Positions 14,040-27,910 of a stretch of 64,000 nucleotides of DNA are shown one piece after another. The stretch is taken from contig NC_068981.1 in assembly GCF_001194135.2 (NCBI RefSeq), positions 11,755,163 through 11,819,162 on the forward strand, given 5' to 3'. Under the pieces are notes generated by a model, which was not told the origin of the DNA, did no database searches, and saw nothing but the letters and a program-made list of their open reading frames with translations. Both the position numbers and the translations under genes were made by a program. Each line of letters starts with the position of its first letter. Within the stretch, counting starts at the first letter, position 1. The DNA is from Octopus bimaculoides (lineage: Eukaryota).

Positions 14040-14900
14040 CAGGAACAGTTCTAACTTTAAGATATCACATCTTGTCTATTTCAATTTCCAGGTCCTTATA
14101 TTTACTAAAATTTGTCAAATTCCCTTACATATGAACTTGTATCAGTGGGAACACTTACATCTATTAGTCTATACGTATTTTCTTCCATATCTGTACTGAC
14201 TATGTCTGCTGGATTAGCCTGGATAGTGCTGTTGGTGTTGGCTGGAAAATCCCAGAGGATAGTGACATTTTTACCTCGTACGACTGACTCAGGATTAATA
14301 TGTTCACACTCCTGAGCAGGATTGCTGATTTTGTAGTGTTTACATATTTTCCAACGTAAATACTCTCCTACCCTGTCGTGGCGATTTTTGTATTCGGTTG
14401 TGTGTTTCCGATACGAGATGGTCTGTTGTTTCATCAAATTTATCACAGAACCTGCATTGAGATTCAGAACCGTTTTGAAGAACGTTAGCCTGGTAGTTCT
14501 GGGGCTAGCAATCTTTGATCTTGTGCTGCTAATATGAAACCTTAAGGCTCTGTTTTCATTCGTCAGCTTCTCATCCACTGATAGGCTGTTTTTTTATGTA
14601 CTTTTTAATTTCGGCTTCGAAGTATATACTGTTCATGCAAAGGCTTCTGGTTTCACCACTCGTCAGTTTCTTTTGCAGTTTGATCCATTTTGCTTCTTTG
14701 GTGGCAGTGGTTTCAGGTTCTTCATCTAGTTTAAGGTAAATACCGAGTTCTCTAGCAAATTTGCAAGCTTCCTTGACAACAGAATGTGATTTTTTGCTAC
14801 TTAGATGCTGCACACACGTCGCAGCATCTAATCCTTTGTACTAGATAACTACTTGTTCATTTCTATTGTGGGGATCCTATTGCACAGTTCTACCTGCATC
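14040..14900 (-). mobile_element. R4/Dong-clade LINE, C-terminal restriction-like endonuclease region
   Basis: ORF 14105-14578 YKNRHDRVGEYLRWKICKHY...ILWDF...QANPADIV...LIDVSVPTD gives the RHD and PD-(D/E)xK RLE motifs. Confidence 0.85.
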
Positions 14901-14912
14901 ATTCCTCTTCCC

Positions 14913-14913
<1 letters not shown>

Positions 14914-14964
<51 letters not shown>

Positions 14965-15002
14965 GTTGTTGTTGTTGTTGTTTTGTTGTTGTTGTTGTTG
15001 TT

Positions 15003-15037
<35 letters not shown>

Positions 15038-15055
15038 ATTATTATTATTTTTATT
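14914..15055. repeat. (ATT)n/(GTT)n compound microsatellite, tail of the adjacent R4 element
   Basis: Direct sequence; abuts the R4 3' end at 15056. Confidence 0.9.
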
Positions 15056-15351
15056 GCTATTTTTTCTCTTTACCACAAGTTTTGTTGGAGCATCTGGAGT
15101 CTTGCATGCACTCTAGAGTTCCATGCTATTCGTTGTTTTCAGCTATCTAATACTTTTCTGATTATTCTGGCCGTGCCACGGAAGCAAAACTTTTGTTACA
15201 TTTCTACTGGGCACTCTATTTCGATTTCCTTAATTGTCCTCTCGATAGCCTCTAATACTGGCTCCAACGAACCGACAATAATTGGCACTATTTTTGCATT
15301 TTTACATTCTTCATTTTCCATAGTCGAAATATTACGTACTTAACACATGAT

Positions 15352-15390
<39 letters not shown>

Positions 15391-18110
15391 CTATATTTTC
15401 GCCTTCCTTCTTGATTATTCTTGGGTCAAAGTGGCACGTAACTATATAGCACATGTGGTGCATCTTGTCGATGACCACTAGGTCCGCTCTGTTATGCTCT
15501 AGCACCTGATCTGTTTAGATGGGCAAATCTTACAGGATTTTGTTGGTTTCCTAACACCGCCACTCTCTGCAGTTTTGTGCTTATGCCACGTCTTGCTTCT
15601 CCCTAGCCACCACTTTTCATACAGTTTCCAATGCAGCGCTTTCTCCATGTCACCACAGCATCTATCGGGTAAGTCTAGAGCTTTCTTTCCCGAGATAGGC
15701 AATGATTTCCTCCACTCTATTACAGACGCAATGCAGTGTAGACATTCCTCTTTTAAAGGTTGACCCTCTAATTGGTATCCAAAGCTTGGTCTTGCGCTGC
15801 CAGTACATTGCTCCCAGTCTCTTTTGTTCGTTTCTTCAGCCACTCCCACCTGTTTTACAGCAGATGGAGTTGATTGTGGGCTGATGGAATTCATTGTGTA
15901 GTCCCTTGTTGCGTTGCGTAATGCTTCATCATGTCCTGTTTGAACTTCTTTTGTTTTATCCCTTTTCTCTGATTTCAATACTCCCTCATTCCTAACTAGC
16001 ACTACCATGGTTTTGTCTCCTTGGAATACATAACTCATTAAGCTCCCAAGTTGGATACGTACACAGTCCGCCATACTTAACAGTCCAATTTCTTCAATTT
16101 CAGTCTTACTGTATATGGGATCAGTGCCTGCACGTGGATGATAGGTTCCGTGCATCAGAAAGAGATTTCTTTTCTTCCTGTCCATCTCCTTTCGCTCCTT
16201 CTCTGTCCACTTCATGAATCCGGCGCCATAGCAAACTACTGCGACTGCATGCAAGTCATCCGTTACTTGTGAAATAATTTACTTTGGGGATCTTTCCGAT
16301 CACAAAGATCAGTGGGGATATACCATTCCCCTGGAAGATTGCTCTCTTACTCTTCACCTCTCCTGATACCTGATACCCTGCTGTCTGTTCAGTTCTCCAA
16401 TACTTCATACTCTTCTATATAAGACTTATCGTATTTTCCGCTACTCCACACATTTCCATATTTTTTGTTATCCAGGGATAGCGTATCATATCGTTTACTT
16501 TAGGATAGTCAATCCATTCCATGCTCGTGTTTCTGTGTCTTCTCTTGCAGTTTCTGATAATTAGATTATCAGTTAACTGCTGATCTTTCATTCCCTAGAT
16601 TCCCTTTCGCCACGCTTTCTGTTTAACAGGTAGCAGTCCACGTTACTCTAAGTACATATACAGTTCACCCGCTAGAGCACCTAGCAAGAGCGTCCACATT
16701 AGTGAAAGACACGTTATTGGTCGAAAATTGGATGCAATATTACACTTTTCGCGATCCTTGGCATATGCGTTTCCCTTTCTCATTCAGCTGAGTACTGCGC
16801 CTCCTTTCAAGCACTTATCTAGCTGTTTTGCTATCGTTTCATGGAACTCTCACAGCTTCTCCATCCTATAACTTTGGACTCCTACCCGTCCTGTGCTCTT
16901 CCAAATTGGGAGTTTCCTTAAGTGTATTTTTATCATTTCTGTATTTTTTTTAATGTTGTCTTGTCCTTCTATATTTCTTAACGTTTCTTGGACTTCATGG
17001 GGGCTAGCCCGCTTCATTATGATATTTCACAGGCTGGTCACAGAGTCCTTCCCAGAATGACATGCTTTCGTCTGCATCTGGTATCATTGTTACGTGTAAT
17101 TGCCAATCTAATTTCTTTGTTCTGATTTGCTTCAAACCATCTGTTTTGCCTGAAACAGATTGTTTCTATTGTCATGTATTTCCACTTTTGCTTTCATTGC
17201 TACTGATCTTTGTTTCAATTCATCCAAATTCACATTAAACTCTTTATCTCTTATTCTATATATTCTTTCCGGTTTTATTCGTATGCTTTCCTTGTGCAAT
17301 TTCTCTCTGTTCGATCTATCAACTTGTCTTAAATACCCTTTAAACTTTGTTTGATTTTCACATATTCCTCTATGCCAAAATGGTTCTTTATGTTCTCTTT
17401 GTTCTCTTCTTTTGTATCCAAATCTATCTGCAGCAACCATAGCTGCAGCCCAAATAATCCTTGTTAGTTTCAGTTATATTTCTCGCCTGGAGTAGTGAAA
17501 GGACAGAATCTATCCTTTCTATTTCAGTTTTGAGCTTGCGTCGATCAATGTACCTTAGATGAGGTGGTGTGTGCTCCTGGTCGTCTCCATTATATCGGTA
17601 CATCATCCTCACTATGCCTTGTTGATCGACATCGTCTTTTTGTGATATAGCTTCTCCCATTACTTCTGTTTCATTTGCTGAGAGTGTATTTGCATTTACC
17701 CTTTACTCTACCTCTTCCCTGCCGTCATTCATTTCTCAGTAGGCACGTTATTTGCTGGTGAAATATTATCACTGGTTTCTATTTTCCAACTACCATATCT
17801 GTTATCTACCCTTTTATACTTATTGCTCTGCTCGGTCGGCTTACAGTTGCTCACTTATCTCGAAGAGTCCTATTTCATTCCATTTTGCTTTCATGTGTTG
17901 TCGGAATCACCTTTTACTGATTCCATTTCTGATACAGCATTCAATTACAATTTGGCTTGCTTCCTTATCCCACCTTCTTCTCTGCCTATGACTCTGGTTA
18001 TAAGCAGTTTCTTGATGATGAGCGCTGCTGAACCACAAGACATTTGCCGGGCAAAACGATTTCACCTTGGGTTCCAGCCTCACTCACACCATTATTCGAT
18101 ACACTTGAAT
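15056..18110 (-). mobile_element. R4/Dong-clade LINE, long degenerate copy (N-terminus, RT, C-terminus, 3' UTR)
   Basis: ORF 15499-16254 AVAVVCYGAGFMKWTEKERKEMDRKKRNLFLMHGTYHPRAGTDPIY; N-terminal ORFs 17132-17660; 3' end at 15056-15340 with GTARIIRKVLDS*. Confidence 0.85.
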
Positions 18111-18473
18111 TAGACATATTCACTCAAAATTGAGGTGTGTGTTTTAAGGTTAGCCAAAAAGTGGTATTTTTTATCTAGATTCCAACTCTAGCAAGATTGT
18201 CAACCAATACTGGAGAGCCCTTGCTAACCATAAGCTGGGACTGTTCCCATTTACATTTGTGAGTGTTGGGGTCTATGTTCATCACTCTCACTAGAAGATA
18301 TGTGAATGTCAGTTGGTCTCGTATTCTCATCCAAACATTGCTTGGGAAGTAGGACACAATTCGCGGTTGATTTGTCTTCATCCCAAACATGGAACCGTTG
18401 GACACCGAAAGGTTGTCATCAATGTGGTTAAGGAGTTCCATCTTTCCCAGTTTTTAAATCAGAATGTCAGTTT

Positions 18474-18575
18474 CATCAACATCATCATCATCATTATCAT
18501 CATCATCATCATCGTCGTCGTCATCAATATCATCAACCTCATCATCATCATCATCATCATTATTATTATTATTGG

Positions 18576-18623
<48 letters not shown>
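18474..18623. repeat. (CAT)n/(ATT)n microsatellites
   Basis: Direct sequence. Confidence 0.9.
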
Positions 18624-19178
18624 CGAATGAGAGAGCAGTGCATGCCATCAAAGTGACACTAGGATAAGATATACGAAGCCCAGTATAAGCATCATGACTA
18701 CCCGTCTGATAAGGGTACACCAGGTACATGCCTCACAGGCATATGTGCGCGATATGGTGGTCTCATATCAAGACAAACAGTGCATGACCTCGCAGGTGGG
18801 GCCCAGTTAGAATTTTCTTCAGTTCGAGTAGCCCATCTCGCTCAAAAGTTCTCTGGATAAGGGTTGTTTAAGAATGTTGAGCAAAGCACCCATGTTTCCA
18901 AATGTGAATTATCCAAACCCCAAAGAATCCCCCTCAATACGTGGCTATGATGCTACCCCACTACTTCTCCGCGTGATCAGAGACGCATATATCATTGGCC
19001 GCAAAGGGACATGCTCAACTGGTTATGGTCAAACAAGTGACAAGCAAATCTGTGGTATTGAGCAGAATATTTTCTGTAGCCCATCTTTTAAACCAAGACA
19101 AAACAATGTACATGATAACACTTTCAATCAGTTCAGATCGGAAGCCATGAGAACTACTGCCTGTTACTGCATCAGGGC

Positions 19179-19190
<12 letters not shown>
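18624..19190. mobile_element. Interspersed repeat flanked on both sides by (ATT)n, probably the UTR of an R4/Dong-type LINE
   Basis: GC-richer block GAGAGCAGTGCATGCCATCAAAGTGACAC...TACTGCATCAGGGCATT between ATT arrays; recognised as a recurrent octopus-type repeat. Confidence 0.5.
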
Positions 19191-19211
<21 letters not shown>

Positions 19212-19589
19212 GGTACAATATAAATTACGATGAGACGTTATATGAAAATCCTTCAAGGCGCAAACAACTGTAACTTATAATTTCAATAGTCGATCCAAGT
19301 AAATTATGAATAAAACCTTTCCTTACTACTTAATCAGTACATGCTATAAAAATTCCATGGAGCAATTTAATATTTAATATGATTTATTGAAATTAACATT
19401 GTACACATGTTTCTGTAGTGACCTTATAAATTCATATTATAAAAGCCCATAATTTCTTCTGAAAATGCTATTGTTGAAGAGATGATGAGAGTTTACATTT
19501 ATGAACATGTAATAAGTCCATTACTGAAATACGTATATGTTCAAGACTAATTTGAATAAATACATTTGAGTAGTATAGGTTTTTGTCTC

Positions 19590-19880
19590 TCTCACCAAGG
19601 TCATCAGCTGTCGAACGCCGACGAAGGGAAATAACCCTGAAATCCGGATACGTTCGTGCTGCTGGTCGAGGTGAGAGGGATAACTCCCTTGGCAAACAGG
19701 ACACAGTCGTGTGTCGATAAGCCAGCTGGAGGAGATGTCCTCCTGGGGCTAAAAGCAACAGTAACATCCACCCCTAGGGGTCAGCCACACTTAAGTGGCA
19801 ATATACTACACTTTATCGTGCAGTTACTGTTAATACTTCATTTAGAGAATTAACATTGCTTGTTTTCACCTTTTCAATAT
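19590..19880 (+). mobile_element. Probable RTE-type LINE 5' region fragment
   Basis: GC-rich block GTGAGAGGGATAACTCCCTTGGCAAACAGGACAC...CCCTAGGGGTCAGCCACAC; family assigned from recall only. Confidence 0.35.
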
Positions 19881-20840
19881 CAGTNNNNNNNNNNNNNNNN
19901 NNNNNNNNNNNNNNNNNNNNNNNNNNNNNNNNNNNNNNNNNNNNNNNNNNNNNNNNNNNNNNNNNNNNNNNNNNNNNNNNNNNNNNNNNNNNNNNNNNNN
20001 NNNNNNNNNNNNNNNNNNNNNNNNNNNNNNNNNNNNNNNNNNNNNNNNNNNNNNNNNNNNNNNNNNNNNNNNNNNNNNNNNNNNNNNNNNNNNNNNNNNN
20101 NNNNNNNNNNNNNNNNNNNNNNNNNNNNNNNNNNNNNNNNNNNNNNNNNNNNNNNNNNNNNNNNNNNNNNNNNNNNNNNNNNNNNNNNNNNNNNNNNNNN
20201 NNNNNNNNNNNNNNNNNNNNNNNNNNNNNNNNNNNNNNNNNNNNNNNNNNNNNNNNNNNNNNNNNNNNNNNNNNNNNNNNNNNNNNNNNNNNNNNNNNNN
20301 NNNNNNNNNNNNNNNNNNNNNNNNNNNNNNNNNNNNNNNNNNNNNNNNNNNNNNNNNNNNNNNNNNNNNNNNNNNNNNNNNNNNNNNNNNNNNNNNNNNN
20401 NNNNNNNNNNNNNNNNNNNNNNNNNNNNNNNNNNNNNNNNNNNNNNNNNNNNNNNNNNNNNNNNNNNNNNNNNNNNNNNNNNNNNNNNNNNNNNNNNNNN
20501 NNNNNNNNNNNNNNNNNNNNNNNNNNNNNNNNNNNNNNNNNNNNNNNNNNNNNNNNNNNNNNNNNNNNNNNNNNNNNNNNNNNNNNNNNNNNNNNNNNNN
20601 NNNNNNNNNNNNNNNNNNNNNNNNNNNNNNNNNNNNNNNNNNNNNNNNNNNNNNNNNNNNNNNNNNNNNNNNNNNNNNNNNNNNNNNNNNNNNNNNNNNN
20701 NNNNNNNNNNNNNNNNNNNNNNNNNNNNNNNNNNNNNNNNNNNNNNNNNNNNNNNNNNNNNNNNNNNNNNNNNNNNNNNNNNNNNNNNNNNNNNNNNNNN
20801 NNNNNNNNNNNNNNNNNNNNNNNNNNNNNNNNNNNNNNNN

Positions 20841-20871
<31 letters not shown>

Positions 20872-22320
20872 CAATGGCTGCGTGGAAGGTATTAATAAGC
20901 AAATTAAAATCACACAAACACCATTAGATTCACTTCAATATTTAAATTTAATTTGCCAAAATATTTTCGTCGCTTTGTGACCGCAAACTGGTCACTGACA
21001 AAATCCCGTGCTGACAAAATTCTGCATGTATATATATAATTATAATTAAGGGTATCTAAGAGATATCACCATGCTAGAGACAGCAGTCAAAACTTCACTC
21101 TAAAACCACTTCATATATTATGTGGAGGTATTTAATGTATATAATTATGCATGTTTGTATATGTGTATGTGTGTGAATTTTTTGCGTGAATGTGACTGTT
21201 ATATAAATATATTATATAAGCATATAAATATATTTTCTTGAGAGTTTCGTATAGTTTATTTACGAAGTTATCTTTCTTAAAAATCCACCATCCGTATTTC
21301 TAGACCATCATAGTCACATGTCAGTCACTTTTTGTATGCAATTTAGGAAACTATTGCTGTTTGGATTTCATTCTCCCGAATAATATTCCGTCGTCAATAA
21401 TACTTTGTACTTTTTGGAAAATACCATAATATTCGTTTGTATGTTAGTGTTGTTCTTTGTTGATAGCATTAATTCTATCATTAATCACCAATTTGTTTTA
21501 CTGGGGTGTTGGAATTCTGTAGATTATAGATGTGTTACGCACTGATATTTTAGTAAATACTGTATAAAAGTAAGCATTGTAATTTCCCCGTTGTGGAAAA
21601 GAGACGGTAGAATCATGTCGCAAATATAACCACTGCATGTTTGAAGTTTACAATTTCCATATTTGAGATAATACAGAGAAACGCACAACGACATTGTCAT
21701 AACGAAAGAGAAATTATTCTACAAAATACTGTGTGGCAGGAAAGCTTATTGTCAGGGGAAATTACCCTAAGAAATACAAAATCACAAGAAAGTAAAGAGA
21801 TATGAAAGGAAAGAGAAGGGAAAACGAAAATATTTGCGGAAGTGGGTAAAACAGCGGAAGATAGAGGAGGTGGGCTACATAGAACGAGACGAAATGATGG
21901 GCTCAGTCGTACCATACTGTAAAGAAGAATGGTCAGCGACACACGCTGCTGCAACCACTCCTCTAGCAGATTCATGTATTCGACGAGCCGCTATTATACG
22001 TATTTGTTGGAGGAAATTTCCAGGTTTGCAAAGGAATGTACGAACCTTAGTATTCATTGAAAAGAAGTTGCACATGGAGAAATAGAGAAAGAAAAGAATA
22101 GTCAAATTAACAACAAAATATATTAGTTTAGAAAAAAACATAAAACGCACGCTAACTGCAAACGTTAGTATATCCTGGACTGATGACGCATACATCTAAC
22201 GGTCTTAATTAAAATTCTTTGGGACCCGACAAGTATTACCTCTTGTTTGAGTAATTACTTCGCAGGATCTGCTAGCTATGAAACAACATATGTAGCCTAA
22301 AATTTATCTGCTCCATTCAT

Positions 22321-22364
<44 letters not shown>

Positions 22365-22715
22365 NNNNNNNNNNNNNNNNNNNNNNNNNNNNNNNNNNNN
22401 NNNNNNNNNNNNNNNNNNNNNNNNNNNNNNNNNNNNNNNNNNNNNNNNNNNNNNNNNNNNNNNNNNNNNNNNNNNNNNNNNNNNNNNNNNNNNNNNNNNN
22501 NNNNNNNNNNNNACAATTATATACATAATTATAATCAGGGGGCAGCTAAATGCTTCGCCGCGTACTGAATTAGAAATAGACGCTAATGTCTTTTAAACTA
22601 CTATAATTATAGACTATTTGTATAATTCAACTAAAAAGGTTTCTTTAACATACTGACTACTTGGTAAAAGTATTAATTATTAATTAATTAATTAATTTAA
22701 TTAATTTTGCCCTAC

Positions 22716-22759
<44 letters not shown>

Positions 22760-23160
22760 CATAATTTTAAAACGCACATATTTATTATAGATTACCGGCA
22801 TCGCACATGCAATTGTATCCAGTAACCACTTTTACACTGTTCCCAGCCCAAATAATGTGTTCATCATCGAATAATAGTTCAAGCGCATGCGTGAACATTT
22901 TCGACCGCCCATTTGCGTTTCTCCCTGGCAACCATTGCATGTTCGAATATCTTTACAGCTTCATTTGTTATTTGTGTGTGATATGAGCCATTGTGAGATT
23001 TGCATTGCATTTTCTTACGCATTTATCATCATTAATACAGTATTTTTAACCTGGTTCTTAAATACTATATTATTTTGTTTTTAAGGCTACATCAATTGCT
23101 GACAGCATCTTGTGCTGGCAAGTTTTCGATAGCAGGCATCGTTCTTATTATTACAGCTTC

Positions 23161-23345
23161 TAAGGCAGCGAGCTGGCAGAGTTGTCAGCACGCTAGACGA
23201 AACGCTTAGAGATATCTCACCCGTCAATACAAAATGTGTTCAAATTATGCCGAGGTCGATTTTGCCTTTTATCCTTTAGGCGTCGATAAAATAAGTATCA
23301 GGTAAACGCTGGGGTCGATGTAATCGACTCATCTCCTCCCCTATA
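23161..23345 (+). mobile_element. tRNA-derived SINE, family A
   Basis: TAAGGCAGCGAGCTGGCAGAG...GAGGTCGATTTTGCCTTTTATCCTTTAGGCGTCGATAAAATAAGTATCAG. Confidence 0.8.
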
Positions 23346-23599
23346 AATTTCTTCCATTTAGTATTCTTTATTTATTCCGCAATTTTCTTTTTATATTAAA
23401 TGCACCTCCTCTTAACAACTGCTTTGCAATATTTTATTTTATAACTCACTGCTTTAAATTTTACATTTTCAACTGGAATATGATTTGCCAGTGTTCTGCA
23501 AACAAAAAATTAATATTTCATTGCTTTCACAACGGTTAATATATGTTTGGTGCTTTTCTGTTCACCACAAGTAATGATTACATTGCTATTAAATATATA

Positions 23600-25075
23600 T
23601 ACATCGGCTTGCTTCTCACTTTAGTTGCCGTGTCTTCTCAATCACAGCATATTTCCAAAGTACTCGTTCTCCTGTCATTGACTCTGTGAGGCCCAATGTT
23701 CGAAGGTCATGCTTCCCCGTCTCATCCCATGTCTTCTTGGGTCTACTTCTTCCACAAGTTCCTTCCACAGCTAGGGAATGGCACTTCCTCATACAGGTGT
23801 CCTCATCCATACATAACACATGACCATATCAGCGCAGCCATCTCTCTTGCACACCATAATTGATGCTTCTTATGTCCAACTTTTCTCTCAGGGCGATTAC
23901 ACTCTGACGAGTATGCACACTGACATTGCACATCCATTGTAGATCATGCTAACTTCCTTTCTTTCAAGCTTACGCATGTCTTCAGCAGTCATGGCCCATG
24001 TTTGACTGCCGTGTAGCATGGCAGTTCGCACACATGCATCATACATTATACCTTTCATTCTGAGCAAGAGGCCCTTATTTGCCAGTAGAGGTAGGAGCTC
24101 CCTGAACTTTGCCCAGACTATGCTTATTCAAGCCGCTACCCTCTCAGAGCAACCATCCCCACTACCCCCACTACAGATCACCAAGGTAGGGGAAGCTATT
24201 TACTACTTTTTCCTCCCTAGCATGTGATGGAATCTCTTTTCTGTACATCTTCAATGTTTATTGTCCCTGTGGTTCTGCCACACACAAAAACTATCTTCCC
24301 GTTTAACGTTCCTTTGATATTGCTGCACCTTTTATGTGTCAATAGCTTACATCGTTTGAATTTTCTACCAACGCCTTTTCTACGGATGGAGCAGGACCAT
24401 CCTACCTGAAGGGGTTTGTAATTTGTCAGCCTTCTCACTTACTAAGACTTTGGTTTTTGCTAGGTTAACCCTAAGACCCAGCGATTGTAGATATTGCTGC
24501 CATACTCTAGACTTCGTCTGTAATTCTGGCAGTTCTTGGGCTTTTATAGCATGGTCATCAGCATAGAGGACCTCCTAGGGACAGCCTTTCTTCAATTCCT
24601 CTGTTATTGCCTGGATGACTATTATGAGTAAGAGGGGACTGAGGACTGATCCTTGGTGAACCCCTACTTCCACCCGGGAATTCTTCACTATACTCGTTGG
24701 CAACCCTCACCTTACTGACATCATCCCCGTACAGGGCTTGTACAGCTCTTACTAACCACTTGTCTATCCCCGGTTTCCGCATTGACCACCAGATAATGGA
24801 TCGAGGTCCCTGTCAAAGGCTTTCGCCAAGTCAACAATAGCCAAGTACAGAGGTTTATATTTGGCTAGATGTTTCTCCTGCAGTTGCTTTACCAGAAATG
24901 TAGCATCAGTAAAGCTTCTATCTGGCACAAAACCAAACGGAATCTTATCTAGGCTAACTCCCTACCTAATTAGCTGGCTATGACCCTACCTGTAACTTTC
25001 ATCACCTGATCCAATAATTTGATACCCCAGCAGTTATTTCTATCTAAAGCATCTCCTTTACCTTTATAGCAGTTG
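23600..25075 (-). mobile_element. RTE-clade LINE, 5'-truncated (RT plus C-terminus)
   Basis: LYADD at about 24560; C-terminus MDEDTCMRKCHSLAVEGTCGRSRPKKTWDE...LGLTESMT...WKYAVIEKTRQLK. Confidence 0.9.
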
Positions 25076-25934
25076 ACTATTGCGCTGCTACATCAGTATA
25101 TATATATATATATATATATNNNNNNNNNNNNNNNNNNNNNNNNNNNNNNNNNNNNNNNNNNNNNNNNNNNNNNNNNNNNNNNNNNNNNNNNNNNNNNNNN
25201 NNNNNNNNNNNNNNNNNNNNNNNNNNNNNNNNNNNNNNNNNNNNNNNNNNNNNNNNNNNNNNNNNNNNNNNNNNNNNNNNNNNNNNNNNNNNNNNNNNNT
25301 GTGTGTGTGTGTGTGTGTGTCTGTGTAGGTATGAATCTGTGTCCTTGAATATTGTTCGTCCAGTTACTATTTTTTTTTATGGAAGAGATCGTTTATATTA
25401 AGAGTATTAATTATTTATGTTCATGTTTGCAGGAGCTTTATGAAAACGGATTTCAATAAATCTACTTTTGATCATATCACTTCGGAATCCGTACGCTCCG
25501 ATACTGCACATACATGCATAATAATACTGTATGTGCATATATATCGATTATGCAATCTCCATACGCATTCACATTATCCTCTAGTCGCATATGTACGCGT
25601 ATATAATCATGCTCACATATAATGGGCGACAACAACCGGATTTATTTGGGGGATTATACGATAACTTCTGCATGATTTTCAACGTGGACGAATGCAATTT
25701 AGTCGTCAAAATGTGATTAAGTTTGCGGTTATATAATATTTCTGCATTGATCAGAAATGGAAGAATAAAATAGCCACATTTTGAGGTGTGTACCTTCACT
25801 TCAAAATTATTTTGTACATTTAATAACATTTTTTTTTCGAAAATAGTTAATCATGTAAAATGAAAAGTAAAATCCATTAAAGCTGAATACTTATTTTCTT
25901 AAAAGTTTTCTTGCTCTCGCTTTCAAACACTCCT

Positions 25935-25978
<44 letters not shown>

Positions 25979-26870
25979 TANNNNNNNNNNNNNNNNNNNN
26001 NNNNNNNNNNNNNNNNNNNNNNNNNNNNNNNNNNNNNNNNNNNNNNNNNNNNNNNNNNNNNNNNNNNNNNNNNNNNNNNNNNNNNNNNNNNNNNNNNNNN
26101 NNNNNNNNNNNNNNNNNNNNNNNNNNNNNNNNNNNNNNNNNNNNNNNNNNNNNNNNNNNNNNNNNNNNNNNNNNNNNNNNNNNNNNNNNNNNNNNNNNNN
26201 NNNNNNNNNNNNNNNNNNNNNNNNNNNNNNNNNNNNNNNNNNNNNNNNNNNNNNNNNNNNNNNNNNNNNNNNNNNNNNNNNNNNNNNNNNNNNNNNNNNN
26301 NNNNNNNNNNNNNNNNNNNNNNNNNNNNNNNNNNNNNNNNNNNNNNNNNNNNNNNNNNNNNNNNNNNNNNNNNNNNNNNNNNNNNNNNNNNNNNNNNNNN
26401 NNNNNNNNNNNNNNNNNNNNNNNNNNNNNNNNNNNNNNNNNNNNNNNNNNNNNNNNNNNNNNNNNNNNNNNNNNNNNNNNNNNNNNNNNNNNNNNNNNNN
26501 NNNNNNNNNNNNNNNNNNNNNNNNNNNNNNNNNNNNNNNNNNNNNNNNNNNNNNNNNNNNNNNNNNNNNNNNNNNNNNNNNNNNNNNNNNNNNNNNNNNN
26601 NNNNNNNNNNNNNNNNNNNNNNNNNNNNNNNNNNNNNNNNNNNNNNNNNNNNNNNNNNNNNNNNNNNNNNNNNNNNNNNNNNNNNNNNNNNNNNNNNNNN
26701 NNNNNNNNNNNNNNNNNNNNNNNNNNNNNNNNNNNNNNNNNNNNNNNNNNNNNNNNNNNNNNNNNNNNNNNNNNNNNNNNNNNNNNNNNNNNNNNNNNNN
26801 NNNNNNNNNNNNNNNNNNNNNNNNNNNNNNNNNNNNNNNNNNNNNNNNNNNNNNNNNNNNNNNNNNNNNN

Positions 26871-27230
26871 ATAGGCGTAGGAGTGGCTGTGTGGTAAGTA
26901 GCTTGTTTACCAACCACATGGTTCCGGGTTCAATCTCACTGCGTAGCACCTTGGGCAAGTGTCTTCTGCTATACCCACGCGCAGACCAAAGCTTTGTGAG
27001 TGGATTTGGTGGACGAAAACTGAAAGAAGTCCGTCGTAAATACGTATATATATATGTATGCATGTGTATGTGTCCACCCCCAAACATCGCTTGACAGCCG
27101 ATGCGGTTAGGCAAAAGTGACCGATAGAATAAGTACTAGGCTTACAAAGAATAGGCCCTGGAGTCGATTTGCTCGACTAAAGGCGGTGCTCCAGCATGGC
27201 CGCAGTCAAATGACTGAAACAAGTAAAAGT
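26871..27230 (+). mobile_element. tRNA-derived SINE, family B (CORE-like CCTTGGGCAAGTGTCTT)
   Basis: ATAGGCGTAGGAGTGGCTGTGTGGTAAG...GGTTCAATCTC (A/B boxes)...CAGTCAAATGACTGAAACAAGTAAAA; other copies at 29760, 30445, 36662, 48370, 62600. Confidence 0.9.
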
Positions 27231-27616
27231 GTATATACATCAGTTAATCTATTTAATAAATTTTCCAGGTATAAAGAAGATTCCCGTTGATTTTTACAAA
27301 TCTGTGAGGAAGGCAGTTCTTCTAGGTGAGGCATATTCTGAAAAGTCATGCTGTCAAATACCAGTCATGCTGCAATGTTTCTGACTACAATCCACTATGG
27401 CGACCGAGAGAATTACGGTAGTGTTCTACAAACTTTTGTCACTTAGATTTACTGACTTACACAATCTCGCATTCATTTCAATTTTTGCATCTTTTTTAAT
27501 CTCTTTTGTCGATAGATGCGTGACGGGTTAAGTCATATCCACGCACAAGTGAGGATGAAAGTAAATCAGATCACTCGAGCTGAACGTATGATGGCTGCCA
27601 TATGACAAGATGAGGC

Positions 27617-27658
<42 letters not shown>

Positions 27659-27674
27659 TGTAATCATCGTCAAT

Positions 27675-27910
27675 ATGGTTAGTGCATTGAACTCACAATC
27701 ATGAGGTAGTGAGTTCAATTCCCGGACCGGGTTTGTGTGTATTCCTTGAGCAAGACACTCTGCATCACGTTGCTCCAGTTATCTCAGCTGTAGAAATGTG
27801 TTGCGACGCCACTGGTGCCAAGCTGTATCAGTCTTTACCCAACCCTTGCAAAACGTCAATGGCGCGGTGAGCGGAGGCAGACATGCACGGGCGACTGCTG
27901 GTCTTGCATA
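27675..27910 (+). mobile_element. tRNA-derived SINE, family C
   Basis: TGGTTAGTG (A box)...GAGTTCAATTCCC (B box)...TTGAGCAAGACACT; related head on the minus strand at about 58857-58955. Confidence 0.7.

Noticed and set aside
18140-18470. GC-richer block with 88-105 aa ORFs
   Set aside because: Probably TE-derived, but no motif could be assigned
21697-22195. Overlapping ORFs (MNLLEEWLQQRV..., MRKWVKQRK...) as a gene start
   Set aside because: No recognisable domain or consistent splice model; the purine skew alone favours open frames
25433-25490. Plus-strand exon candidate after TTTGCAG
   Set aside because: Weak donor, and the opposite strand fits the EVE continuation better
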